Both the position numbers and the translations under genes were made by a program. From Antedon mediterranea (taxonomy: Eukaryota; Animalia; Echinodermata), in contig NC_092672.1 of NCBI RefSeq assembly GCF_964355755.1, positions 10,912,001 through 10,976,000 on the forward strand: a stretch of 64,000 nt of DNA, given 5' to 3'. This document shows, one piece after another, positions 31,901-46,900 of the stretch (position 1 is the first letter of the stretch; every line of letters starts with the position of its first letter). The notes below the pieces were generated by a model that had not been told where the DNA came from, searched no databases, and worked only from the letters and a program-made list of their open reading frames with translations.

Positions 31901-34900
31901 TAAACGTAGATTTAATCTGAAAATAACTTTTTAGATAATAAATAAAAATAAAATTACTTTGTTAATTCTATATTGATACGATCTTGTAATGAAATTTAGA
32001 TAGTTCTTAAATTCTAATTTTTAGTAAAGAAAAAGTCATAAAATACTGTAGATATCATAGGATAGAATAATAAATTAACAATGTTACTTGTTTTTGATCG
32101 TAAAGGTATGTAAGAATGGTGATTAATACATGGAGCACCATAAACAATTTTCAATTGTAATTTTCCAGTTGTCATTATAAGATTTATAGTTAATAGCCAG
32201 ACAATTTGGAAACAATTTTTATATTCTTAAACATTTTTCGCTTTTAGTTCTGCGATCTCCTGGAGTTGTCATGTCTGCTTGTTTCCCTTTTGTCTAGAAC
32301 TTTATCGACATCAGATTATTATTCTGTGGCTATTCTGTCAGCTTGCTAGGCAATTGATATATCTAGGCCCTGTAGGGAGGACGATCATGTCTTTGCAAAT
32401 TCAAACAAAGGCATGTGACAGTCTTAAAGACTTTGCAGGACCATTCGTTGTCTGTCTGATATGGCTTAAATGCTGTAAACAAGAGGCTTAAGAAGATTTC
32501 AGTTGGTAATACCCAGGCTAACTTTTAGGTAAATAACACAGTTAGTTCTCAGTGTAGTTTTATCCTACACTGGTATATCACTATATCAGTACACATTTTT
32601 TTTTTATTGTACTGGCAATATTTTACCTGTTCTTTGTGTACTGAACTATATTTCTTACAATACAACTGTTTTCTCTGATACTACTTACTGTACAGTATAT
32701 ATTAAATACTAATAATGTTTATAAACTTACATTTTTCTTAAACGTTTCTCAAAATAATGAAATTATTATTTTTAATTTAATGCAATTTCATACAAACTAA
32801 ATCCTTATTTTTATCATAAAATGACTTAAGATCTGGGTTAAAAGTTCATTACTGTCTGTTTGCATGTAAAGAGTTTGGAATGTAGTTTCAGTGGCATTAG
32901 TATTATGACCTACCACTAAACATGCTCCAACTGTCATCTATCCTAGTTTAAAGAGAGCAATGACAAAGACCAGAATCTGACCAAAAATTGTTGACTTGTA
33001 AACTTCTACATTGTTTAAACCAGTTTGATGCCATATTTGGTCATTTTGGTGCCTTATTTGGTGGTAGCGATATACAAACAACAAATCATCTTGTTTTTAT
33101 GTTGTTTGCTTTAGCATTCAATGATTTTATGTAGACACTGCTATAAATATGTGGTAAGAAAAAAGGGATAATTTTTCATGGAGGTGACAATTGTGTTTAA
33201 CAAACTGATTAAATTTTAGGTGATGAATGACATTGGTATTTTAGCCTAGTAATTACTCAGTTCACACAGGTAGTAGGCCTGTCATACAAGTAACAAATTC
33301 CTACCTGGCTAAACACATAGATTTAATTACATAAAAGTTTATTTTTATCATTGCAAATTACATTTTAGTTTAATATAACAAAAAATTTACTCAATTTCAC
33401 CATATTAGAACATTATTTTAATTTCATTAGCTTGATTCCTGAAGGCATATCCTTTACTTTTATTCTGATTAATTTACAATGCATTTAACAATAGGGTGCC
33501 AAAATAGTTTGTCACCTGCAGTGTTCACAACTAGTGATAAAACAATAACAACAGTACAACCTATTGTTTCTTATCTTGTTCATTAGATACTTGTAAGATA
33601 ATGTTATGTAACAAGTCACTCTATTAGGGTGGCTTTACTTTTATTAGGTGTCTTAAGTATTTAATTAGGTGAGATTAAAGGGATGGGTATAATAGCCATC
33701 TTGTAGTGGTATTTATCTTTTTATAGGATTATTAATGTGTTATAAAAGAATTAAAGGCAGGAAATAACACCCAGTAGTTGTTTTTTCTTTAATTAATGAT
33801 TGTTAATATACTAGATTTATATCTCAAAGAAACTGCTCTAGGCTATAATTAAATAATATCAATATTTTAAAGAATAATAGATCATTATACTAATTTTTAT
33901 TAAGTGACATTTGTTATATACAATTATTCTTATAATTATTCTCATTAAAAAAATAATCCTAATCTTATACAAACTGCTCATAATCTGTTTTAAAATTATT
34001 TTTATTGCACAATTCATTGCTTAGCCACTTTCATAAGGCAGATTTTATAGCCGGATTTTATAGCCTAAAAATTATTTGTTTTTATATGTAGCACTTAATA
34101 GGAAAATTCAACTGATATACTGATGCATAAGATGGCTATTTGAGCAAGAAAATTTATGAGGCATGCCATGTATATGTCTTTGAGTTGAAGATAGATAATT
34201 ATATAAAAGATATATATTGAATTTATTTCAAACTAGGTGATAGTTTCGACAAATTAAGAATTTTTCTTAGGGACAAACTCAATGTTTAATGGCCCATTAA
34301 ATTTCATCTCATCGGACTGCGTGGATAATATTTAAAATGAGTAGATTGGATTATTTAGTGCATTCTATGATGTCAACCCGAAAATAAATGTCGAATAAAT
34401 TCAATATCAAATATTTCAGTCCTTAAATCTCAAGTATTTAAAAAAAAATGATTTTAATTATATGGATAATACAAACTGGTATCACTTTAAACCGTCCAAT
34501 ATTTATTAAATCTTCATTTAATGTACAACACATTCTTACTATGGTTTCAACCAGAAACCAAGATGTTGATCTTTTACTGCTAATGAGATCACATACTAAA
34601 AACTTGTACCATTTTTCTGTCCATCTCTCCTCAACCAATCACACCCCTCGTTAAATACTTAACCTAAGGCCATTCCATTTGACCTGAATGACATCATAAC
34701 ATATGGTTTATACTGTCTTACTATAACAAAATACTTAATTAATTATTGTCTTTAGCATGATTATCCTAGCTTTTCCCTGTTGGTATACATTTATCCCCCA
34801 AGGGGACTCATGATTGATCAGTGAGGTGTACTGTACTGTACCTTATCCTCATCATGTTAACCAGGGAGATGTAAAATAACTGAATAATATCTCATTCCCC

Positions 34901-37900
34901 TGAATGTAAATTCTTTGTTATTTTTAATTTGACAACATTAATTATTTAGCCTGAATCTAATCATTATGCTCACCCAGCCATAGTTTTATCAGTCAATTAA
35001 TTCATCATCTGTTTACTTATTTATGTAATGTCTCAATTATTAAAAATAATGACATGATATTTCAACTCATTATTGATCAAATAATGTTCTTATTTTTACT
35101 GTACTGGATGGATTCTTCATGCTTTAACAGATAAAATAAAATTTAATTTGTGATAATCATACATTTATTTAAAATCGTACAATATAATATTAAAATTAAT
35201 TTTTAAGGTACTCAAATGTTTTTTTTTCCTGGGAAGAGATTGTTTTACGTCTTCCAAATGAATGGAATGATGTTCCAATTTCCACTAATGCCTTAGCCCT
35301 ATAGGCTTTAATCTCTTTAGTACAGTACTCCATTATCCTGTCTTTAGTAAGTCTGTAAGTAACGCCTTTGTCTTTCCCTCGCTAATACACTGATAACATC
35401 ACAATTATATGCTTAGAGGGACGCTGTCGTCTATAGCTTGTCTAACTTCATTTACATTTTCATTGTTTTTCTGAAATCCTTTTCTTAATTCCATCATGAA
35501 ACCTTTCCTAACTTTGATTATATTCTTGTTTTTGAACTACCGTATAAAACAGATTTTACTTGACGATTTTGGCTAATTGCCTATTTAGCATAATCAATAT
35601 TAAGAAAGCCAGGTAACACATGGTAAAACACTTAAGGTGTAATTAAACCTAATGTTAGATCTAGTGATTCTTTTCTTTAAGTTTTTCTACAATTTAGTCA
35701 TATTCAAACCATAAATAAATAATTCATTAATTAAATAATAATAAAACTAATGAATTACCTACTACTGTATAATGTAGGCAAAGAGAGTAATCTGGTCGTA
35801 ATACTGTACATAAAAGAGGAAGAGTGATAAACTACTACCATAGTTTAAGCAGGTTTAAGTTACACTTATTAATAGATATGCATACCATGCAGATATATCA
35901 ATTCATGAATTTCTTAAATACTTCCTACTGGGCCAGCTCTTACCCTCCCATGCTGATATTATTACCCTTTTGTCATCAGCTTCCCTGTTCTGGATGCAGA
36001 GGTGAGATGACACCATAAAAAATCTTAATTGTTTCAAATTACAACACTTGTTTAGTCAGGTGAAACTCATCACTAGATATAAATAAAAAGTTGAGGATTT
36101 CAGGTGTAATGCAGGCAGAGCTCAGTAGGGGGCTGTTAGGCCACACTGTAAGGATGTTACATGCTCAGATTGCCTGCCAGCCTAAACATTACCAAACAGG
36201 TGTAGCACATTATCACCCCTTGAAACTTTAATCAGAATGTTAGTTTAGATTGGATGATCAAATACTGTTTTGACAAGATACAGCTAAATAGACCAATCAC
36301 ATTGTGAGTTATTTAATACTATGGTGTATTAGGATAGAAATCATTAGGCATACTAATTGGTTTACAAAGTTAAATTGAAATAAAATGCATTTGCCTTAAA
36401 CATTGTTATTTACACTTTATAGATATTAAGACTATGTAATTTAGACAAATTATAAGTAATATAATCATTATTTAATGGAAAATGTTATGATGATATACTT
36501 TAACTAGTAATAATTATACCTTTACAATATCGATAAATCACTATAAATAATTTATTGTGTGTAAAATTATATAAGGATCTGATTTTTACTTTGAAACGAT
36601 TCAATTATAAGGAAAGTATTGCCTTATATCATGGAGGTATCCATGCTTATATAGAACAAATTTTACTCTAGAGAAAAACTTAAATTCAATAGTTAAGAAA
36701 AAAAAGTTTGCGGCCAATAACAACTGACGTGGCATGAAATGTGAGATGGTAGCTGCTATAGGCACAATGCTAACATTACACAAGGATACTTTATTAGAAT
36801 TATGAATCATATTTTCAGTTATTAGGCAGTCCATTACTTAATGTATAATATAATTTATCTTCATTATCTTACACTTTTTATGCAATAAAAGATATAGCAT
36901 TACATTCCATTAATTCAACAAACTTTCACTCTAAATATGTCATCTTACATTACTTGTTTCTGTTTCTATTATTGTCAAGTCCTACATTTATAAACAATTT
37001 TTTTTTTAAATATAAAGAAATATTAACTCTGTTTTTGCTTCAATTTTAACACACACAACAAATACTGATAATTCAGTTACATGTTCTAAAAAAAGGATAT
37101 GAAATATAGTGATATAAAAAATACAGAAGTATATGCATTACATTATTAACACATTCGAATGAAGCACTTTGATAATGAGAGTTTCCGCCGCACGGATTAA
37201 ACATAACATGTATATAATGTTTCATCATGCCGGTTGTTTTTTGGAAAATGTCAACTAATGCCCTGTTTACCGTAAATTGGTCTATAAAGTTTATTATCTG
37301 GATCTATCTGCTAATGGGTCATTCCATTTTCTAACATTTCATAAGCATGCTTCCCTTTTATAAATTTTGTAACTAAGTGTACTGATGGCTTTTATTTTGC
37401 ACAAATTTCATTAAACAAAATTTTGACTTGTTTTTTTTAATTCTTGTTGCTGTTTGTTTTTCCATATTTGGACATTAAAATCTAAAAACAGCACGTTTAA
37501 GATAAAGTCCCTGGATTTAATAGTCAATAATTTCAGATATGACTTAAAGCTGGTAATTTGTCGACCGAGTTCAAGAAACAAGATCAGCTAATTTCACTTA
37601 ATCTCAGTTGGAGAGTTTCTGGATTATCTTGAATTGGGACAGAATTCATCAACATAAATTCCAAAGCCCCTCCTTGATAAACTGCTTAGTTTCATAGATT
37701 GCGATTCTTAGGAATAATTGTAAAATACAATACACAATCGCAAGCAGATTTTTTGTTTGTTATCGCTGTGATTTTGATATTTGGTGATGGATTCTTGGAA
37801 AAATGCAATTTATTATTGAGCTGAACACATGTACATTAAAAATAAAAAATAGCACTTAAAATACCGACTGGTTTACAAGCAAACTGACTGAATTACAGTA

Positions 37901-40900
37901 AAAAAAGATTCATTAGTTAAACTTTTCAGTCCGGTGTAGTTCATCATGTTATCTCGTCTCTTTCTAATAAATTGATTTTCTGAATTGATTTTTTTACATA
38001 CACATGGCATTTGAAAAATCGTCGCCTGAATTAATATCCTTTTTAACATCGCATGCATACATAAACTTTCAACATTGAAACTTGCGTGATCAAGCAGCAG
38101 CCTACTTTGTAGCTATTAGCACGAGTTGAAATATGTAAAGTTATACCCTCGCTTTAAAAAATCGAGATACGTTACAGGGAAAAAAAGAAGTAGGATGCAG
38201 AAGTTTATAGTGCAGATTACATTGGAATTAATGCTTAAAACGCCATCTGACTAAATGATAAATTGATTTCCAAATTGGCAGCAAATTACTTGGTTACTTG
38301 TATAACCAACATTCAATGTCACCTCGCGAACAGTATAAAACAAACTACTTTAGGTGGGGTCTCACATTTGCAAAGCATTATTTCTTCGACGAGATGTCCT
38401 CGTTTTTTTTTACGATGGACACTTGAAAAATGTTTTTGAATTTCTACAATTGCATTCAGGAGTTATTGATTAACGTGACGAATAAAATGTTGGCTATAAT
38501 AATTGAAAACACAAAGAAAGAAATCAACTTTTTTAGACCAATGACTTGTGAAATAATCTGTTGGAATGTTTATCTGAATGATTTTATTAGAGTATTGAAC
38601 TATTGTTTAAAGGTCGAGATCAAAAAAAAATAAATTCTGTCTACTATTTGAAAAAAAAACAAAAAGAAATCACGATTATTTTATTTCATGTTTGTACATT
38701 TTCTGCCAAAAATATGATGTTTTTTAAAAATAATTTGTATCTAAATTTTAACTACATTCTTATTTGCATTGTGTTTCAAAAAATCAAATGTACAGTACAT
38801 TAATGTTATAAACATTATTCCAAAAAATATGTTAAAAAAAGTCTAATGAATTATAATTAGTTAAGGAGTTTAATTTTGTGTCCAAGGTGTATTGTAATTG
38901 GTTTTAAATGCACCTAATAGATATTGAAAATAGCTCTTAGTTGGACATAAAAAGTAGATGATTAATTTGTAATGAATCTTTAGGAGTCTGACTGTCTGTT
39001 CCTCTTTGATCCAGCTTAGGATTGTGATCTTCGTTGCTCTCTGTGATTCAAACACATCAAACAACATACTGACCAACGTACATGATTAGCCGACAAATTG
39101 CCAGTTTCTCTTCGATGCTTCTTACATTGTTTTATTGTTAGTTCGAATAAAGGCCATTGTATCCAGACAAGATAATCCTTATGTTATTGAGACCATCACC
39201 TTTTGTTCTCCTGAGTACCTTATTGAAAAAATTTGGAGCTGTGCTTTTGAGTCTTAAATTTGAATATACCCATCATAATGAAACTTACGTTGTCTGCTAA
39301 TTGAAAAGGTTATAACCAACACCCTCCCTCTGAGAGGTTTTATGGATTAGGACATGTGTACTTCAATTTGTACAGATACCATAATACCTGAGTTAATTAG
39401 CCAAGTGCATCTGTGATTTTATCATGATATAAACCAATCACCATACTTAATAAACTAGATAAGATTCTAACATTTCTGTCCATCACTGTTTCTTCTCTAG
39501 TATACCAGAGTTTTCAATCACATTAGTTAATCTACAGTATGGTAAAAAAGGTTTAGATCAAGACAAATATATACTATCATATATATCATTAAACAATAAC
39601 AGCGCAAACCTCCTATAGCTGTAGGCCCTATCCCAAAAACACTTATATAATTATATCTATAGTATTCAGATTTTATGTCGCTAACAACCACAACTTGTCA
39701 TCACAAACAAACATGTAATTAAGGCTAGATTGCTAAAGGGTATTATTTTTACCAATTTTATAAAGCCAAGATTAATTGTAAAGGTTTCTTCACTTTCTTT
39801 GTGGCTAGTCTTACAAACTGTTTTGAATTTGTCACGGTTTCTGTGCTCTTTTTAACATTACTGTTTGTTACTTTGATCGTTTATAAGTTTAGCAAGGTTA
39901 CCCGAGTCTGTTGAAATGTATTGTGTACTGTGAACACAATGGTGATGTAACGCTATTAATAATAAAGTTCGTCAATCCTGGGTGTCTGGTCATTGTGGCT
40001 TTGTAATGATGATTAAGCAGTGGGATTTGGGAGTAAATCTTGGCCCTTGGCTAACCCAACATGATGTACAGTGTAGGCCTAATGATGATAAAAGATGATG
40101 CCTATCTTTTATACATCGCCAGTGTATCATACTGCAAAAAGTTGTTTTTGCAGAATTTCTGTTCAAAAAGATTTACTTCCTTTAAATTTTAAGAATAAGA
40201 ATATTTGAATATTTCATGTCTATCTAAAACTTGACTCTACACAGTTCTATAGATTTTTGTAAATTTGTCAATGTTTTTTCAACTTAATTACAACTTAACA
40301 AAGTATTAGTTTTCATCTGTAAATTCCAGTTTATTTTCTTTAATTCCGAACCATCAGTCTCAGGAGAATATTCCCCCAAACTCCGCAGCCAATCAATAAT
40401 GCCCTATGGCTTCTTTTATAATGAATGCAAGTAATTATGCAAATGATGCTATTACTATCTATACTATTATTGGATTGTCTTATTTGAGCATTGTCTTGTA
40501 AGAAGATGATGTCTATGCTCATTTGTAATGGTCTAATTAATCAATCATGAGTCATTCTGAAATTTGACAGTTAACAATTAAAATTTAATAGTAGAACATT
40601 TATGAAACACTATACACATAAAAATAAAATTTAATATATAAAAAAAATTAATAAAAATTAAATAATTATTTTATTTTCTTTCAGTGGTTGGAAACTGGTG
40701 CAAGTTATTATAGAACATTTCAAGTATGCCAAGTGCAATCAAGCAATCAAAACAATTGGTTAAGGACACCTCACATTGAGAGAATGGGTGCGAATCGTAT
40801 CCAAGTCGAGCTTGAGTTTTCAATGTACTCCTGCGAGGGTATCGATAATGTGCTGTCGTGTCGTGAAACCTTTGACTTTTATTATATTGAAGCCGGTCAG

Positions 40901-43900
40901 GACTTTGCTGATTCACCAAATCCTGTATGGGGAGCGCCACCATATGATAAAATAAAAAGGATTGCCGCGGAAGGACGCTTTTCAGATCCACAGAATGAGA
41001 TCATAAACATGGTGGTTGAAGATTTTAGTCCGGTTACGCAAAGTGGTTTTTACTTAGCGTTGCAGGATCAAGGTGCGTGCATGGCACTGCTCAAGACACG
41101 TGTGTTTTACACCGTTTGCCCGAAGGTTGTAGAGAATTTTGCAAGTTTTGCTGAAACAATTACAGGACACGAAGTGACTTCACTTGTATCCGTTGAAGGT
41201 ACATGTGTAGAAAATGCAAGTGTGGTGAATGATAAGAAACCAGTTTATCAGTGCCAGAGTGATGGTAGTTGGATTCTGATCCAAGGAACGTGTGCGTGTG
41301 ATCCTGGATACGAACCAGTTGGCTCAGAATGTAGAGGTAAGAGCGTTATCAAAGTATCACATGACATCTACTCCTCAATTTGGAAATACTTTTTTCTATT
41401 TCTGACCAAGTTATTTCTATTCTTTTTTGATTAGGTGGTTTTTGTGTAAATTATGTATCATTTGTAAATATTCATTTTTAATTCACAAATTCAATTGCTA
41501 TTTTTACTTGTGTTTTTCCTAATTTTCTGGAATTGTTATTGTATGTTTATAGTTTTAAACTTCTTTCAATTAACCCTAATGTTTGTCTTAATATCTAAAC
41601 TTTGTATTTGAAAAACATTTATAATTGTAAATTACATTTTGTGGACACATATTTTGGTTCTTAGTTATAATTTTTGTATTCCTATGCAAAAAAAGAGATT
41701 TATTACCAAACTAAACAACACAGCTGGTTACTACTTTTCAAAGTCAACTCCAGATTAAAGAAAATAAACCGGCATAATATTCATCAAATGTAAGACATTT
41801 TCCAACTGATTAATTTAATTGGAAGCTTACTAACTCTAAGGAGTGTGCTTAGAGTAACTTAATCCACATCACCGAACCTATAGAAACACCCGGAAAACGT
41901 TCACAGAGAACCGTGTTTTGTCCAACGCCACGCAAGGCCAAACTTTGAATCATCCATGCACGAGAATCGCGGTGAAAAGACTAGGTTTTATCCTTACAAT
42001 ATCATTAATTCCCAATGATATCAGTTTCATGTATCTATTTCACAGGGGGTTTTAAATGGCACCAAACTCTGGCGATATCCATTGTTTTAGTCAAGAGAAG
42101 TCTGCAGAACCAGCTTTCTTTGCTGCCTGGTTCAGTAGACTTATCGTGTCGGGATCTCAAAGTCCTTTAGTGTTATTTTTTCTTTCACACTTTATTTGTA
42201 GACTTTTGTTTGAATTTGTTGATATGTAGTTTGTGTTTGATGATAAGTTTGTTGTTATTAGGAGCTGAGGCAAGCTTCTGAATAGTGTTGTATGGTAGAA
42301 GTTGTTTAAATGTGTTTTTGTAGGAACTTCAAAGGTTTCCTATTGGTGTTTTACTAACTTTATAATGTGTCATAATTTAGTGCTAATTGTGTATTTAGTA
42401 CTCAATGTGTGAAAGTTTTCCTAGTGGGAAAAATCTTTTTTCAGTATTTCTATTCTAACTAAAAGCAATCATCAAGTTAATTATAGTTATAAATCCAAAA
42501 TTCTAAAAGGCCTACATGGAATTAAGATTCTAATTTTACACGAAATTATAAAAGAAAAGTCTGTCTCTGTTTTTCAGTTTCGTAATTATGACAAATTTGG
42601 AAATAAAAGTAGACGAAGATTATAAATGTTTATATGAAACTATAATTAAAGTTAAAGAATTAGACATTTTAGCTACTTAACTCGTACGTTGGCGTATCAT
42701 ATAATCTACGATTAATAATTGGAGCACATTTATGAAAATAATGAACTCAAGCATTATGACATATATTCAGTTCATCAGTTCAGTTCTTGTTTTTAAATAA
42801 AGAAAGTCAATATAGAAAAATTACAATAAAACTTAAATTATAAAAAAAAAGATACAAAAACGGTCATATTAAAAATAAATATAGGATACTAAAGTACATA
42901 AATAAAAAAAAATAATAATTTGTTTTGATTGGTTATATTAGTAGCCTTATATGACAGGCTTTATTTTTGTTAAATAATTGCGTACATTGTTTGTATGTGT
43001 TTAGTGTGATTGCATGATAATAATGGTTAATCATCAAACATGCCAACTTTCTAAAAGCAGTATATTACAGAACGTTTTAATGATCTTACCACTGAAATTT
43101 AAATTAGCAAAGAGAATAAAATAGCATCCAAAAGATATCTATATCAGACTGTTTACAAGAGAAGATAGAGAGTGCACATTTAATGTTAGCACTTGACATT
43201 CTTTTAACTTAAATGAGATGCTTTTAAGATCCAAACACTGGAAAGCATCAACATTGCCTAACTCTAGTGGCCCTTTATCAAAAAAGAATTGATTTTACAG
43301 TCTATAATGATTATAAGAGTTGAGATGATCTTGTTTTATCTCTTTGTCGGTAGTTTGGATTTATTGTCTTGATGGTAAAAATGATGTGAAAGGGAGAGTG
43401 TGTTGGCTGTTCCATCAGCTTTTCTTACCTTCCAAAATAAACTGATTTTCCAGAAAGTTTATTTCTAATTCTAATATACAATACAAATTACAATAAATTG
43501 TAGATGTATTTAATTGTTTGTTAAGAGAAAGTTTACTTTAGTCAAGCAATTATCGGTACTTGCTATAGACTAAAAATGTTCTAACAATTAGTTGTATCAT
43601 TTCAATGTTAATAATTGTAAATTTTCTATTTATAACTTTATTTCCTAATTGTACTAACATTTGCTAGTGTTTCATTACTTGATATCACCAAGTTGTTCAC
43701 ATAATTTATTGTTTTCTCAGACCGGGATTAAGAGTAATTCAACAGCAAACTCCTAGGATATTACCAGATCATGATTTTATAAATTCCTGTATATATCACA
43801 ACTTGGACAATAACAGTAAAATTTAACCAATTAATACCGTTTGTCAATTAAAAGATTTGATTCAATTTAAAATTTAAAACCATGAGGTCATAGTGAATCA

Positions 43901-46900
43901 CATTGTACATGTCGATGACAGTTCAAATGTCTGAGGTAATGTACGATGTGCGCATTGATGTTTTAATTGTGAAAATCAATATCACATAAAATGGTCTTAA
44001 AAAAGCTGTAGTTACATATGCAGCACTTTGTTTGCAATGCAAATTGCAAATAAAAAAATCGACTAACATTGGGCAAACAAGAAAAATTATGTGCAGATTA
44101 GAGGTGGAAACTCTTAACCTAAACCATTGATTCCTAAATTCATAGCCTAAATCTACATGTACACTCTAAAAGTCTAGATTTTAAATCTTCATTTAAATCA
44201 CACATAATTAAAGGTATTATACCGGTAACCACCACATAGCATGTACCAGAGTTTTATGAATATACTCTTAATAATTTAATTATACTACACATAAAAGGCA
44301 TGTTGACAATAATATAGCATTTGGTAGTGATTTAGTCCCCAGACATCTTATAGCATTATTTTGTCAAATTCAACCTATTTATTTATAATTAAAACATTCT
44401 GTTTAGTATAGAATCCTAGTTATTATTTTTTTTAATGAGGGATGTAAAAATACTGTTTATTTATTAGTTATTATTAATTACTTAAACATCTATAGTTTTT
44501 ACAATTTTAAAACCTTAGTCAGAGAAGAAAATAAAACATTGTATGTAGGGCTACAGAGTCCAAGGTAATAATTGCTCAGCCTTGGACTTGGTAACACTGC
44601 CTCTTGTCATTTGTAAACCAATGTACAAGTTTGTTCTTAATATTATTCATTCAAGGCTGTCTCATTAATAAACAGGAGTCTATTTGTTGTAGATATAGAT
44701 ATGGTATAAGTATTTGGTTAAAGGTCAGTGTAAGGGGAAAGTGCCAATAATGTTATTTACATAAAATAAATAGTTACTTCTGTAGAATAATATATACAGG
44801 TAGTAGTCACGTTTAAATCTTTCAAATATCTATCATGTATTTTAGAATGTGATTTTTATATTATTATTATATTTTTTTATTTATTTAAAGGGTAGAATAA
44901 GAAGTAAATAAATACGTATTTAATTAATTCTTAGTAAATATGAAAGTATTTTAATATTAAACTGGTCATTGACTTAAGTGCTTATTATAGCACTATCATA
45001 CACTGCTCAATCAATAATTCTTTTTGGTGTCATTTATGATAAAGTGTCTCATTTGTCTATTGTGTTCCCAGTATCAATGAGTCATGTTAATGGCATTGAT
45101 TGATTGTGAACATGGTCTATCAGATATTATTGATCCAAGTATCTGTTGGTTCCAACACTTGAATTAGGTCTAATGATAAAAAAAAAAGATGGATGGATAA
45201 TGGCCGGCCCCATGTATGCTTGAACCATGATTTCAAAATGTTTATTTATTGAAATTATTTTAATTTGAATCTTTTAATGATGTACTATAAACAATCAAAT
45301 AATTATTTATTCTGAATAATCATATGTAAATAATGAAAATATTTGTTACTTTATTAAAGCACGTTCATTTCACTGAAGATAAGTTTGGTGTTGTAAACCA
45401 TAAGAGGTTTGACCTATTTGACTTTTTGTTTACTTTTATAGAAGGTAATATTTATTTTGAATAATCGTACCAGTTATGAAAATATTCTTCACTATATTAA
45501 AGCACGTTCATTTCACTGAAGAGGTTTGGACTTACTGTATTTACTTGACAGCAGTTCTTTCAATATCCGTTACTATATAAGATCAAAAGATAGTTAAAAA
45601 CACTTTGATATTTCTGTCTATTTACATTTGACTCCCACCTCCTTCGTCACAAAACATTGTCTCGTTCAGTAATTACCCCTGCGATTGTACGGTAGTTCTG
45701 TCCAAACATGAAAACTTCACAATAGAACAATATTATCTATTATCAAAATCACAGATTATTATTTAATTTTAGTCATGTATATCTCATTGAAAAAGGTTGG
45801 AATGCTTCTTGTTGTTGAACTCCTTTACTAAGTTTAAGTAGCATAGAAACGATTATTATACCGTTGGTGTCCCATAGACTTGCCAATTCAAAAGAAACAC
45901 ACTCAGATTTCACAGCCGAGCAAGCATCAAACGTAAGCCGCCTATTAATAAAATACTATGTATTGTGATGGTTAGGAGAAAAAAATTATATGACAATTAA
46001 CTTGTGAGCAAGTAAAGAATTCAATCTCTTTTGTGAGCGTTGCACCGATTATAAACAAATCAATGCGAACTCGCATGGGCAATGATTATTATATGACATT
46101 TGAATTTTGATTGAAAATTATAAATATAGAGTACCGTAACTGAATTTAAGCATTTATCGCTTTTAAGAATCACTTAAAGAACATAAGATAACATAAGTTA
46201 AACTTGATATTAAATACCAGAAAAATTACATTGTTTAATGTGTTTTAATTTTAAAGTGTTTAAAGTCTAAATATAACTATTCTATAACAATACAGTAAAA
46301 CAAATCAATTCTACTTTGGTTTATAATATTAACTTATATTAATAAGAACTGTGCAAAAGAGTTGTTATTTAAAAAAATAATTGTTTATAGTATAATATCA
46401 CACCTTAACTTTTACAAAGCTACCAGCATTGTTTGAAAATGTTTGCAGATTAAACTTAATGCAAAAACAAAGCACAATAGAATATTTATTAGGTGTCATA
46501 GTATAATCTACACCCCAAGCCAGTACTTAGCTCTTTTTCTCCTTGTCACCTCCTTGTTATGAACTTGTCAAGAACAATAACCAACAAAAAATAACAACCT
46601 TAACCCAAAAAAATACATTGTGTTGGTTTGAATTTGCTACAATATTTAAACAATAGAACACATTATAACACAATGGTTCCTTAAAGTTCAATTTCTTAAT
46701 CTTTATTTTGTTATAAGATTATTTGCAAATGAAACGAGATCTTAGTATTAATTAGCAATATCGTTTTCTTATGGTTTTTGGCCCACCTATCATTCCTTCA
46801 CTTGATAATTAGGATTTAAGAACGAAGGAATGTAGTTTATTCACCACAGTAAAATAATCATGCATACGTAACACGCACCTGTAGTATAAATTAATATACT